Assembly (NCBI GenBank): GCA_913055675.1
Contig: CAJXKY010000004.1
Location: forward strand, 7,178 to 71,177
DNA: 64,000 nucleotides
Direction: 5' to 3'
From: an uncultured Halanaerobiales bacterium
Lineage (GTDB): Bacteria; Bacillota; Halanaerobiia; Halanaerobiales; M55B127
Shown: positions 46,711-56,730 of the stretch, piece after piece
Numbering within the stretch: position 1 is the first letter of the stretch
How the letters are laid out: every line of letters begins with the position of its first letter
Program-made: the position numbers and the translations under genes
Notes under the pieces: generated by a model
What the model was told of the DNA's origin: nothing
The model's input: only the letters and a program-made list of their open reading frames with translations
Database searches by the model: none

Positions 46711-47656
46711 TTTTTGTAGAGATATCATGCAGAAAGTTTCAAGAAGTTTCGCTTTAACGGTTCCTTTGCTTGATAAAAGAATAAGAGAACCTGTAATGAT
46801 TACTTATCTTTTAGATAGATTATTAGATAGTTTTGAGGATGAAGGTGAAATTGATAATAAAACCAGAAAAGAAAATATGGATAATGTAATAATACTATTT
46901 AATCCCGAACTAAAAAATGAACAAAAATTAATTTCAAAAATCAAAGGCAAAGCTGGACATTTTGATGGCCCGGTAAAGAAATTAGTTAAAAATACCGATA
47001 AATTGAAAAAATGTTTTGATATTCTCGATCCTAAAATTCAAGATATTTCTTTTAGATGGTTAAATGAAATGAATTCAGGAATGAAGTATTATATAGATCA
47101 ACGGGTCAACACCTTTTCTCAGTTAAATGAATACTGCTATTATGTAGCTGGGACTGTAGGAGGGTTTTTAACCGATCTTTTAATAGAAGTCGGTGGTATT
47201 GAAGGGGAAAATAAAAAAGTTTTGGAGAAAAATTTTGTAGAATCCGGACTGTTTTTACAAAAGGTTAATATAATTAGGGATATAAAGCTAGATATCATAA
47301 ACCACAGAAAACATTATTGGCCTTTACAAGAACTTGGTATCACAGAAGAAGAAATTATTGATCCTGCTTATGAAGACAAAGCTTTAGAAGCTTTAAGTAA
47401 AATGGTAGATGATGTAAAGAGACATTCTAAAGCATTAGTTGATTACTACCAAGCTATTCCACAGGAATGGAGTGGTTATAGAAAATTTTATTCGGTTAAT
47501 AATGCGATGGGTTATGCCACCTTGAAATTAGTAGATGGTAACACCGACCTTTTTTACGGAGATAAAAAGTTAAAAATAAAAAAGACAAAAGTTCTTAAGA
47601 TATTGGCAGTTTCTGAAGAATCATTTTTGAAAAAAGCAAAAGCAGTTTTAAATTAG
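46670..47656 (+). CDS. Squalene/phytoene synthase family protein
   Basis: 328 aa, overlaps the upstream gene by 41 nt (alternative ATG at 46682). VSRSFALTVPLL. Both Asp-rich motifs are present: YLLDRLLDSFED and NIIRDIKLD. Confidence 0.75.
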   Translation: MLRKMLKKNKKAIDFCRDIMQKVSRSFALTVPLLDKRIREPVMITYLLDRLLDSFEDEGEIDNKTRKENMDNVIILFNPELKNEQKLISKIKGKAGHFDGPVKKLVKNTDKLKKCFDILDPKIQDISFRWLNEMNSGMKYYIDQRVNTFSQLNEYCYYVAGTVGGFLTDLLIEVGGIEGENKKVLEKNFVESGLFLQKVNIIRDIKLDIINHRKHYWPLQELGITEEEIIDPAYEDKALEALSKMVDDVKRHSKALVDYYQAIPQEWSGYRKFYSVNNAMGYATLKLVDGNTDLFYGDKKLKIKKTKVLKILAVSEESFLKKAKAVLN

Positions 47657-47661
47657 TTAGC

Positions 47662-47690
47662 AACCACCTGAATAAGGTGGTTTTTTATTT
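47662..47690 (+). terminator. Rho-independent terminator
   Basis: AACCACC-TGAATAA-GGTGGTT followed by TTTTATTTT. Confidence 0.75.
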
Positions 47691-47755
47691 TCAAAAGCAA
47701 TATAATAGAGGATAATCAATAGTTAAAAAGAAATTATAGTTATAGGTGATAAATA

Positions 47756-48712
47756 TTGCAAACACATAGTCGAGTCCAGCTAAATCCAAACAAAAATATT
47801 ATATATACAATTGTTAATCCCATGTCCTCAAACGGTAAAACCGGAAAAAGATGGCCAAAATATCGCAAAAAGTTCAAAGAAGCAGGACTTGATTTACATA
47901 TAAAGGAAACCCACTATCCCGGTCATGCTATTGATTTAACTAAAATCGGTTTGAATAAAGGATATAAAACAATCATGGCTGTTGGTGGAGATGGAACAGT
48001 AAATGAGATAGTAAATGGATTTTTTGAAAACGGAGAGTTAATTGACAAAGAAGCAGCTCTTTTAATATTTTCACAGGGTACTGGTTCTGATTATATAAAA
48101 AGTCTGGGATTAAATAAACAAATAGAAACGGTAATTAATGTTTACAATCGTTATCAAAAAAAATGGGTAGATTTAGGCAAAATAAAATACAATGATTTTG
48201 ATCAAAAAGAAACCGAAAGATATTTCGTTAATACCGCTGATGTGGGTATTGGGGGAGAAACAGTAGAATATGTAAATCGGGCCTCCAAATTGATGGGCGG
48301 AATATTGACTTATTTATTCGGAGCAGTTCGTACTTTAATCAAATATGAAAACAAGATAATGAAACTTGATGTAGATCAAAATGAAATAAGAAATAGTTTA
48401 ACCAATAGTGTGATGGTAAGTCTCGGGAAATATTTTGCTGGAGGGATGCCGATTGCACCTGAAGCGGAAATTGATGATGGATATTTTGATATCCTCATTT
48501 TAGGAGACTTTAGTAAAAGCGAAACGCTTTTGAATCTATATAGGGCTTATCAGGGAACTCATTTAGACTATCCAAAAATAGATTATTTAAAAGGTAAACA
48601 TGTTAAAATAGATTCTCAAGAACGAGTTTTGATAGATATAGATGGGGAAAGTGCGGGAATGCTGCCTGCAGAGTTTTCTATTCATCAAGAAAGGTTTCCC
48701 GTCTTGGTATAA
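47756..48712 (+). CDS. Diacylglycerol-kinase-family lipid kinase (YegS/BmrU type)
   Basis: 318 aa, TTG start with AGGTGA RBS. IVNPMSSNGKTGK and AVGGDGTVNEIVNG. Confidence 0.8.
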   Translation: MQTHSRVQLNPNKNIIYTIVNPMSSNGKTGKRWPKYRKKFKEAGLDLHIKETHYPGHAIDLTKIGLNKGYKTIMAVGGDGTVNEIVNGFFENGELIDKEAALLIFSQGTGSDYIKSLGLNKQIETVINVYNRYQKKWVDLGKIKYNDFDQKETERYFVNTADVGIGGETVEYVNRASKLMGGILTYLFGAVRTLIKYENKIMKLDVDQNEIRNSLTNSVMVSLGKYFAGGMPIAPEAEIDDGYFDILILGDFSKSETLLNLYRAYQGTHLDYPKIDYLKGKHVKIDSQERVLIDIDGESAGMLPAEFSIHQERFPVLV

Positions 48713-48780
48713 TAATATTTTACAAGTCATATATAATGTTATAAAATTAAATTGGAGAATACTATAGGAGTGTATAAAAT

Positions 48781-49632
48781 ATGAAATTCATCTTGATTAC
48801 TGGAATGTCAGGAGCAGGTAAATCAACCGCGCTTAACTTTTTTGAAGATAGTGGATATTTCTGTGTTGACAACCTTCCACCTGATTTAATTTCAAAATTT
48901 GCAGAATTATGCCTTCACTCAGAAATGAATAAGATTGCTGTGGTAAGTGATATTAGAGGTGGAAAATTTTTTGAGGACCTAACCAATAAATTAAATTACC
49001 TTGAAGAAAATCAAATTGAGCATGAGATATTATTTTTAGAAGCTTCTGACAAGTCATTAGTTGATAGATATAAAGAAACTAGACGTAGACATCCTCTTGA
49101 AAAAGAAGGACGTGTTTTAGATGCAATTCGTGAAGAAAGAAAGAAATTAGAACAATTAAGGGGAAAAGCAAATAATATTATTGATACAACTAATATTTCA
49201 ATAAAAGAACTTAAACAAAAATTAAAAAGAAATTATTCCGGTCAAGATAAAGATTTTCAGGGATTAACAATAAATATAATTTCTTTTGGTTTTAAATATG
49301 GAATACCATTGGATGCTGACATGGTATTTGATGTAAGATTTCTAGCAAATCCATATTATGTGGACTCTTTAAAGGAATTGACCGGTAAAGATAAAGAAGT
49401 TAAGGATTATATATTAAAATGGCCGATTACAAAACGTTTTTATAATAAATTTCTAGATTTAATCGGTTTCTTAATACCCGAATATGAAAAGGAAGGAAAA
49501 AGTCATTTAAGTATCGCAATTGGTTGTACAGGTGGGCACCACCGTTCAGTTACAACAGCCCTTGAACTTCAGGAATTTTTAGGCGGTAAAGGATATGATG
49601 TTACTGTCAATCACAGAGATATAAATAAATAA
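48781..49632 (+). CDS. rapZ: RNase adapter protein RapZ
   Basis: 283 aa. ITGMSGAGKSTALNFFEDSGYFCVDNLP and CTGGHHRSV. Confidence 0.9.
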   Translation: MKFILITGMSGAGKSTALNFFEDSGYFCVDNLPPDLISKFAELCLHSEMNKIAVVSDIRGGKFFEDLTNKLNYLEENQIEHEILFLEASDKSLVDRYKETRRRHPLEKEGRVLDAIREERKKLEQLRGKANNIIDTTNISIKELKQKLKRNYSGQDKDFQGLTINIISFGFKYGIPLDADMVFDVRFLANPYYVDSLKELTGKDKEVKDYILKWPITKRFYNKFLDLIGFLIPEYEKEGKSHLSIAIGCTGGHHRSVTTALELQEFLGGKGYDVTVNHRDINK

Positions 49633-49646
49633 GTGGAAGTGGTAGG

Positions 49647-50912
49647 ATGAAATTTTTAAAGTGGCTCTATCCGGGTTTAGGTATTAAGAGATGGTTTTTA
49701 ATTGGAGTTATTGGTTTAATACTTTTGAGTACTGGGATGGCACTATTATTACATGTTAATATAGTTAATTATATGATTAAAATGATTTATGAGGCAGTTT
49801 ATAATATAAGTGGTACTTTGCCTTATCATACTAATATAATAGTTGGAGTACTATTGATTATTGTTTCAATAAGTATGCTAATTTATGCCGGTAATAGATT
49901 TATAAATAAATTAAATCGTGAAGTATATAAAAGTGATGACTTTGTAAATGTACTGTACAAAAAAAACCAACTACAGAAAGGTCCCAAAGTTGTTGCAATT
50001 GGTGGTGGTACCGGACTTGCTAATTTATTGAGGGGACTTAAAGAATTTACAGGTAACATTACTGCTGTAGTAACAGTTGCTGATAATGGAGGAAGTTCAG
50101 GAAAGTTAAGAGAAGAATTAGACATTTTACCTCCTGGAGATATCAGAAACTGTTTAGCTGCCCTAGCAGATCAGGAACCTTTGATGGAAGATTTGTTTCA
50201 ATACCGTTTTTATAAAGAAGGTGACTTAAAAGGACATAGTTTTGGAAACTTATTTATAGCTGCGATGTCTGAAGTTTTAGGAGATTTTGAAGAAGCTGTA
50301 GAAGAGTCTTCAGAAGTACTAGCTATCAGGGGACGAGTTTTACCTTCAACTAATCAAAATGTTAACTTAGGAGCTGTATATAAAGACGGTAGTGTAAAAA
50401 TAGGGGAATCTGAAATACCAGATGAAAGACGAATTATAAATGATGTTTATCTAGAACCAAGTTCGGTAAGTATAACCGAGAATGTTAAAAACGCTCTTTT
50501 AGAAGCAGACTATATTCTAGTAGGACCAGGTAGTCTTTATACAAGTTTAATACCCAATCTTATGATCAATGGGATGGTAGAAAACATTAAAAAAAGTGAT
50601 GCCCAAAAAGTATTTATTACAAATGTAATGACACAACCGGGTGAAACCTCAGGGTTTTCTGCCTATGATCATATTAAAGCAATATATGAACATACAGGTA
50701 GTCAAATATTTGACCATATAATAGTAAATAAAAATGGAAATAGAAAAGCTCTACTTGAAAAGTATGCTGAAGAAGGGGCTTATCCTGTAGAAGTTGATAT
50801 CGAGAAATTAAAGAAATTAAATATAAATATTGTAGAAGGCAAATTGATCCAGGCTGGAGATTATATTAGACATGATCCACACAAATTAGCAGAAACCATA
50901 TTAGAATTATAA
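49647..50912 (+). CDS. yvcK: Gluconeogenesis factor YvcK (CofD-like family) with N-terminal membrane segments
   Basis: 421 aa. VVAIGGGTGLANLLRGLK, VTVADNGGSSGKLR and GPGSLYTSLIPNL. Two TM helices lie within the first 85 aa or so. Confidence 0.85.
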   Translation: MKFLKWLYPGLGIKRWFLIGVIGLILLSTGMALLLHVNIVNYMIKMIYEAVYNISGTLPYHTNIIVGVLLIIVSISMLIYAGNRFINKLNREVYKSDDFVNVLYKKNQLQKGPKVVAIGGGTGLANLLRGLKEFTGNITAVVTVADNGGSSGKLREELDILPPGDIRNCLAALADQEPLMEDLFQYRFYKEGDLKGHSFGNLFIAAMSEVLGDFEEAVEESSEVLAIRGRVLPSTNQNVNLGAVYKDGSVKIGESEIPDERRIINDVYLEPSSVSITENVKNALLEADYILVGPGSLYTSLIPNLMINGMVENIKKSDAQKVFITNVMTQPGETSGFSAYDHIKAIYEHTGSQIFDHIIVNKNGNRKALLEKYAEEGAYPVEVDIEKLKKLNINIVEGKLIQAGDYIRHDPHKLAETILEL

Positions 50913-50933
50913 AGAAGTGGTGATAATTTTAAA

Positions 50934-51884
50934 ATGTCATTTTCAGATGATGTAAAACACGAGTTGGCACATCTTGAAGTAGAGAAAAAAGGGGTTCACC
51001 AGGCTGAAATAGCAGCAATTATTAGAATGAATGGTTCTATTTTGATTTCTTCAGGTAAACTGGCTGTAAAAATCGGCGTATACCATGGAGATGTAGCTCG
51101 TAGAGTATATAAATATATTAAAGAAGAATATGAATTTGATAGTGAAATTAGAGTAAAACAGAATAATTTGACTAAGCGAAAAAAATATGAACTATTTATT
51201 ACCCCTCAAAAGGGAGTTTATGATCTATTAGAAAATCTAGGAATTTTAGATAAATCACATAGCATACTATTTACAGTGGCAGACTGGATAAAAGAAAACC
51301 GTGCTTATCAGAGAGCCTATTTAAGAGGTGCTTTTCTAGCAGCAGGCTCAGTAAACAAACCAAAAGCGGAATACCATCTGGAAATCAGATGTGAACATGT
51401 AAGCCACGCTGAAGATATTATGGAATTAATGAATAAGTTTGATTTAGATCCTCATAAAACGGAACATAAGAAGAAGTATGTAATTTATCTAAAAAAATAT
51501 GATGATATAGCTACCATGCTTAATATTATGGGGGCATATAACTCTCTTTTAGAGTTAGAAAATGTACAGATATTTAAAGATATTAAAAATGATGTTAATA
51601 GAAGAGTTAACTTTGAAACTGCAAATTTAGATAAAACTGTTAAAGCAGCCATGGAACAGATTGAAGATATTGAATTAATTGAAAAAGAAAAGGGCTTAGA
51701 AAACATTACAGAAAGTTTAAGAGAAATTGCCCTTTTAAGAAAAGAAAATCCTTATGCCAGTTTAAAAGAATTAGGAGAGATGTTAGAACCTACTTTGAGT
51801 AAATCTGGTGTATATAATCGGATTAGAAGGTTGAAAAAAATTGCTGAAAAGATAAGGAGTGGAAAAAATGGATCTAGCTCTTAA
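50934..51884 (+). CDS. whiA: DNA-binding protein WhiA
   Basis: 316 aa. SFSDDVKHELA, AAIIRMNGS, LAGSV-type LAGLIDADG remnant (FLAAGSVNKP), C-terminal HTH (SKSGVYNRIRRL). Confidence 0.9.
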   Translation: MSFSDDVKHELAHLEVEKKGVHQAEIAAIIRMNGSILISSGKLAVKIGVYHGDVARRVYKYIKEEYEFDSEIRVKQNNLTKRKKYELFITPQKGVYDLLENLGILDKSHSILFTVADWIKENRAYQRAYLRGAFLAAGSVNKPKAEYHLEIRCEHVSHAEDIMELMNKFDLDPHKTEHKKKYVIYLKKYDDIATMLNIMGAYNSLLELENVQIFKDIKNDVNRRVNFETANLDKTVKAAMEQIEDIELIEKEKGLENITESLREIALLRKENPYASLKELGEMLEPTLSKSGVYNRIRRLKKIAEKIRSGKNGSSS

Positions 51885-53202
51885 TTTAAGCGTAGATCTA
51901 GAACAAAAACAAGAATTAGTGATGACTCCTAAACTCCAGATGGCTATCAAACTTCTGCAGTATTCCAGTATGGAGTTAAAAGAATATGTAGAAGATGAAA
52001 TGAGGGATAACCCTCTCCTGGAAAAGCATGAAGAAAATGAGGATCATCTTGATGAAAGAATTAAAAGCCAATACCAAAGCTACCGTTATGGCAGTAATTA
52101 TAACCAGGAAGATTTCAACTATGAAAATATGGTTACATACCAACCTAATTTACTGGAATATCTGGAAAACCAGCTCTATGAAGTTCTTGATAATGACGAA
52201 ATAGAAACTGGTGAATATATATTAGGTAATTTAGATGAACGCGGACTTTTGTCTACTTCTCTATCTGAAATTGCAGAGGAATTAGATGTGGAAATAGATT
52301 ATGTAAAAAGTATTATAAAAAAGATTCAGCAGTTGGAGCCTGCTGGGATAGCTTCTACTAATATTAAAGAATGTTATCTCACCCAATTAAGGCAGATGAA
52401 TATAGATACTAATGATGCGGAACTACTAATTGGCAAGCATTTAGATCCTGTTGTGACTGAAGATTATAAGGAAATTCTAGATAGTACAGGTTGGACTGAA
52501 TCTAGATTAAGCGAAGCTCTCCAAACAATTAATAAACTTACTTCAAAACCTGCTTCACTGGTGGCTGATCATAAAAAGACTCAGTACATAATGCCTGATA
52601 TTGTAATCAAAAAGGTAAATGATGAATATGTAATAGTTATCAATGATAAAGCTTCCCCATTGCTTCGGATTAATCCCTATTATTATGAAGTGATGCAGAA
52701 GTGTAAAAAAGATGATACTTATGATTACTTAGAGAAGAAATTCAAAGCAGCACTCTGGATAATAAAAAGTATCGAACAGCGCCGAATGACAGTGTATAGA
52801 ATTGCCAAAAAGATTGCTGATAAACAGAAAAGCTTTTTGGATGATGGTGTGAAATATTTAAAGCCGCTTACTATGCAGGAAATTGCGGATGATATAGAAA
52901 TGCATGAATCAACTGTAAGTAGGGCAACTGATAATAAATTTATTCAAACTCCCCGCGGTATATTTGATTTTAAATTCTTTTTCAGTGGAGGAGTTAATGA
53001 TATTTCTACAGTAAGTATAAAGGCAATCATTATAGAATTAATAAAAAATGAAGATAGTGATTCACCGTTAAGTGACAGTGCAATTGTTGAACTCTTGAGA
53101 ACCAAAAAGAATTTAAAGTTATCAAGAAGAACGATAGCTAAGTATAGAAATGAATTAGGTATTCCTTCTTCAGTCAAGAGGAAGAAAAAATATTCAATTT
53201 AA
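51868..53202 (+). CDS. rpoN: RNA polymerase sigma-54 factor
   Basis: ATG at 51868, 8 nt after AAGGAG (track GTG is 51859); overlaps the whiA stop by 17 nt. LVMTPKLQMAIKLLQ, HTH MHESTVSRA and RpoN box LSRRTIAKYRNELGIPSS. Confidence 0.9.
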   Translation: MDLALNLSVDLEQKQELVMTPKLQMAIKLLQYSSMELKEYVEDEMRDNPLLEKHEENEDHLDERIKSQYQSYRYGSNYNQEDFNYENMVTYQPNLLEYLENQLYEVLDNDEIETGEYILGNLDERGLLSTSLSEIAEELDVEIDYVKSIIKKIQQLEPAGIASTNIKECYLTQLRQMNIDTNDAELLIGKHLDPVVTEDYKEILDSTGWTESRLSEALQTINKLTSKPASLVADHKKTQYIMPDIVIKKVNDEYVIVINDKASPLLRINPYYYEVMQKCKKDDTYDYLEKKFKAALWIIKSIEQRRMTVYRIAKKIADKQKSFLDDGVKYLKPLTMQEIADDIEMHESTVSRATDNKFIQTPRGIFDFKFFFSGGVNDISTVSIKAIIIELIKNEDSDSPLSDSAIVELLRTKKNLKLSRRTIAKYRNELGIPSSVKRKKKYSI

Positions 53203-53265
53203 AGAAGGAGTATGGGGTAAAATATTTAATAAATAAAATGGGTAAAAACATTATACTATATGTAT

Positions 53266-53304
53266 ACCGGGACAAAAATGTTCCGCAAGGACAGAATAAT
53301 CCCG
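53266..53304 (+). promoter_or_regulatory. CggR-operator-like repeat downstream of a TATACT -10
   Basis: CGGGAC-AAAAA-TGTT ... AAGGAC, with half-sites 19 nt apart, resembles the B. subtilis CGGGAC-N6-TGTC tandem operator. The -10 TATACT is at 53252-53257. Confidence 0.4.
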
Positions 53305-53321
53305 ATTTTAGGAGGGATTAG

Positions 53322-54362
53322 ATGAATTATTTGTTTAAGATCCAGAAAAAACTTGTCCCAGAATTGATAAATGTGGCTGAAATAAGGTATAATATATTAA
53401 AGGAAATTTTTAATCATCAACCGATTGGACGACGTACTTTAGCACGGAAACTTGACTTAAGTATTAGAAGTGTAAGGAAACATCTCGATTTTCTGTTTGA
53501 TAAAAGTTATATAGAAATTACAAAAAGTGGTACCGTTATTACAGAGAATGGGGAGGATTTTTTACACGAACTTGATAACTATATGAAAGAAATAAAAGAT
53601 ATTGCTAATCTTGAAGATCAAATTGAAGAAATTTTGGATATAAATAACGTAATGATAGTTCCGGTTGAAAAAGATTCGGAAATAATAAATAAAGAAATTG
53701 GAAGATTTACTTCTCGCTTTTTAAAAGAATTGATTAAAGATAAGGATATAATTGCTGTAACTGGTGGTTCTACTTTAGCACAGGTTGCTGAAACAATGGT
53801 GTTTTTGGAAGCACCTCGCGATGTAACAGTGATTCCAGGACGAGGTGGACTGGGTGAAAAAGTAGAAATTCAAGCTAATACAATTGCCTCCAAAATAGCA
53901 AAAAAATTAGGAGGTAATTATAAACTACTCCATATCCCGGAAGATATAACAAAAGAAAGCCTTGCAATGATCACAAATGAACCTTCAGTTAAAAAGACAC
54001 TCGACCAACTTCAGCAGTCTAATATATTAATTCATGGAATTGGTACTGCTGAGATGATGTCTGCTCGTCGAGATATGGATCAAAGAGAGATGCAAAAGTT
54101 AAAAGATAAAGGTGCGATTGCAGAAGCTTTTGGACTATACTTTAATGAAGATGGTGATGTTGTTTACTCTACGGCCAGTGTTGGTTTAAGTATGGAAGAT
54201 TTGGAAAGCATTGATAAGGTAATTGCTGTAGCCGGAGGAGTTGATAAAGCACGCGCCATTATATCTGTGGTTTCACCAAAATATCATGATATATTAATAA
54301 CTGATGAAATAACAGCAAGAGAAATCATATCTCTTAAGGGAGGTGAAAATTCCAAAAACTAA
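53322..54362 (+). CDS. cggR: Central glycolytic genes regulator (SorC family)
   Basis: 346 aa, RBS AGGAGGG. N-terminal wHTH IGRRTLARKLDLSIRSVRKHL, a sugar-phosphate-binding domain, and position directly upstream of gap. Confidence 0.85.
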   Translation: MNYLFKIQKKLVPELINVAEIRYNILKEIFNHQPIGRRTLARKLDLSIRSVRKHLDFLFDKSYIEITKSGTVITENGEDFLHELDNYMKEIKDIANLEDQIEEILDINNVMIVPVEKDSEIINKEIGRFTSRFLKELIKDKDIIAVTGGSTLAQVAETMVFLEAPRDVTVIPGRGGLGEKVEIQANTIASKIAKKLGGNYKLLHIPEDITKESLAMITNEPSVKKTLDQLQQSNILIHGIGTAEMMSARRDMDQREMQKLKDKGAIAEAFGLYFNEDGDVVYSTASVGLSMEDLESIDKVIAVAGGVDKARAIISVVSPKYHDILITDEITAREIISLKGGENSKN

Positions 54363-54434
54363 ATAAATTTTGTGGTCTATTTAATATTAAAGTAAATTAA
54401 TTAAATATATAATTATAAATAAGGAGGAATAAAG

Positions 54435-55448
54435 ATGAAAGTAAAAGTAGCTATTAACGGTTTTGGAGCAATTGGTAGAAAAGCTTTAAGAGGTGCAATT
54501 GATAATCCTGAAATTGAATTTGTTGCAATTAATGACTTAGTGGAGCCCAAAATATTAGCATATTTACTAAAATATGATTCTAACCATGGTACTTTTGACG
54601 GTGAAATAGATCATACAGATAATTCTATAATTGTAGATGGAAAAGAAATTAAAATATTCAATAAAAAAGATCCTGCTGAATTACCTTGGGATGATTTAGG
54701 TGTAGAGGTGGTTTATGAATCAACTGGTCTATTTACAGATGCTAATGATGCTAAAAAGCATTTAGAGGCAGGTGCTAAAAAAGTTATAATCTCTGCTCCT
54801 GCTAGTAACGAAGATCTTACAGTTGTATTAGGAGTAAATGGTGATGAATATAATCCCGCCAAACATGATATAGTTTCTAATGCGTCCTGTACTACTAACT
54901 GCTTATCACCGATAGCAAAAATTCTAAACGATGAATTTGGTCTTGAAAAAGGTCTTATGACAACAATTCACTCTTATACATCTTCACAAAATCTGTTAGA
55001 TGGTCCATATAAATGGAAAAAAATCACCCGCGGCCGTGCAGCAGCAGAAAATATTGTACCAACCACAACAGGTGCTGCAGTTGCTACTACAGATGTATTA
55101 CCAGAACTTGAAGGTAAGTTAGATGGAATGGCAGTAAGAACCCAAACATCTACTGGTTCTTTAATAGATTTAGTTGCTACTCTAGAACAAGATGTAACTG
55201 TAGAAGAAATTAATGAAGTTATGAAAAAATATGCCGATGGAGAAATGAAAGGTATTTTACAATACAATGAAGAACCTATTGTTTCTAAAGATATAATAGG
55301 CAATCCACATTCATCAATTTATGATGCAAACTATACTAAAGTTATCCAGGGCAATATGGTCAAAATCCTATCCTGGTATGACAATGAATGGGGTTATGCT
55401 CAAAGACTGAATGATTTTGCTGTAAAAATGAAAGAATTAGGAATATAA
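54435..55448 (+). CDS. gap: Type I glyceraldehyde-3-phosphate dehydrogenase
   Basis: 337 aa. INGFGAIGR, SNASCTTNCL and WYDNEWGY. Confidence 0.95.
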   Translation: MKVKVAINGFGAIGRKALRGAIDNPEIEFVAINDLVEPKILAYLLKYDSNHGTFDGEIDHTDNSIIVDGKEIKIFNKKDPAELPWDDLGVEVVYESTGLFTDANDAKKHLEAGAKKVIISAPASNEDLTVVLGVNGDEYNPAKHDIVSNASCTTNCLSPIAKILNDEFGLEKGLMTTIHSYTSSQNLLDGPYKWKKITRGRAAAENIVPTTTGAAVATTDVLPELEGKLDGMAVRTQTSTGSLIDLVATLEQDVTVEEINEVMKKYADGEMKGILQYNEEPIVSKDIIGNPHSSIYDANYTKVIQGNMVKILSWYDNEWGYAQRLNDFAVKMKELGI

Positions 55449-55468
55449 ATAACATCATATAAAACACA

Positions 55469-55505
55469 AAGGGGTTAAAGCTTTCATACTTTAACCCCTT
55501 TTTAT
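55469..55505 (+). terminator. Strong intrinsic terminator/attenuator between gap and pgk
   Basis: Perfect 12-bp stem AAGGGGTTAAAG / CTTTAACCCCTT with an 8-nt loop, running into TTTTTT. Confidence 0.75.
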
Positions 55506-55528
55506 ACCTATCATGGAGGTGGATAAGC

Positions 55529-56713
55529 TTGAAAAAAACATTAAAAGACTATAATTTCAAAGGGCAAAGAGTTTTAGTTAGAGTAGATTTTAATGTTCCA
55601 ATAGAAGACGGTGAAGTTACTGATACAAATCGTATCGAAGCAGCTTTACCGACAATAAAATTTTTAGCCAATGAAGATGCAAAAGTTATTTTAATGTCAC
55701 ACCTAGGAAGACCAAAAGGTGAAATCAAAGAAGAGTTTAAGCTAGATCCGGTTGGTAAAGAATTAGCTAACCTTTTAAATAAAAATGTAGTTAAAGTGGA
55801 CGATTGTATTGGTAGCGAAGTTAAGAAAGCAGTAAATAGTATGAATAATGGCGATGTGCTATTACTTGAAAACACCCGTTTTTATAAAGGAGAAAAAGAA
55901 AACGATCCGGAATTTTCAAAACAACTTGCAGAAAACGCTGATATATTTGTACTTGATGCTTTTGGAGCAGCTCACCGGGCTCATGCTTCGACAGTTGGTG
56001 TAACTGAATATTTACCTTCAGCTGCAGGTTTTCTTTTGATGAGAGAATTAAATGCACTAGGTGAAGTTATGGAAGATCCTGAATCTCCCTTTGTAGCAAT
56101 TATGGGAGGAGCAAAAATTTCCGGTAAGATTTCGGTTATTGAAAATTTATTAGAAAAAGTAGATTTCATATTAACTGGAGGAGGTATAGCCAATACCTTC
56201 TTAAAAGCTCAAGGTTATGAAGTAGGTGAATCCTTAGTTGAGAATGACAAACTTCAGGTAGCACGAGATTTAATTAGTAAAGCTCGAGAAAAGAATGTAA
56301 TATTACTTTTACCAAAGGATGTAATAATAGCAGATAGATTTGATAAAGATGCAGAAGCAAAAGAGGTTTCTGTTGATCAGATTCCAAAAGATTGGCAGAT
56401 TTTAGACAGTGGAGGAACCCAAACTCTTGAAGAGTATAAAACAGTTATAGCGAATGCTAAAACTGTAATTTGGAATGGACCGATTGGAGTTTTTGAATTT
56501 GATAAGTTTGCAAAAGGTACTAATGAGATTGCTAAAGCCTTAGCGAAAGCAGATGCCAAAACAGTAATTGGTGGTGGTGAATCTGCAGCGGCTGTTAAAA
56601 AGGCAGGCTTAACTGATAAGATGACACATGTATCAACTGGTGGTGGAGCTTCCTTAAGATTTTTCGAAGGGAAACCATTACCTGCTGTAGAAGCAATTGA
56701 TGACCTTAAATAA
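55529..56713 (+). CDS. pgk: Phosphoglycerate kinase
   Basis: 394 aa, TTG start with GGAGGTGG RBS. RVDFNVP, SHLGRPKG and STGGGASL. Confidence 0.95.
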   Translation: MKKTLKDYNFKGQRVLVRVDFNVPIEDGEVTDTNRIEAALPTIKFLANEDAKVILMSHLGRPKGEIKEEFKLDPVGKELANLLNKNVVKVDDCIGSEVKKAVNSMNNGDVLLLENTRFYKGEKENDPEFSKQLAENADIFVLDAFGAAHRAHASTVGVTEYLPSAAGFLLMRELNALGEVMEDPESPFVAIMGGAKISGKISVIENLLEKVDFILTGGGIANTFLKAQGYEVGESLVENDKLQVARDLISKAREKNVILLLPKDVIIADRFDKDAEAKEVSVDQIPKDWQILDSGGTQTLEEYKTVIANAKTVIWNGPIGVFEFDKFAKGTNEIAKALAKADAKTVIGGGESAAAVKKAGLTDKMTHVSTGGGASLRFFEGKPLPAVEAIDDLK

Positions 56714-56730
56714 TTGGGAGGTATTAAAAG

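Noticed and set aside
51868-54362. rpoN placed directly upstream of cggR-gap as a possible novel regulatory link.
   Set aside because: From memory, the same order (sigma-54 gene, cggR, gap, pgk, tpi, pgm, eno) occurs in Clostridium acetobutylicum and relatives, so it is conserved synteny rather than a novelty. I found no -24/-12 promoter upstream of cggR.
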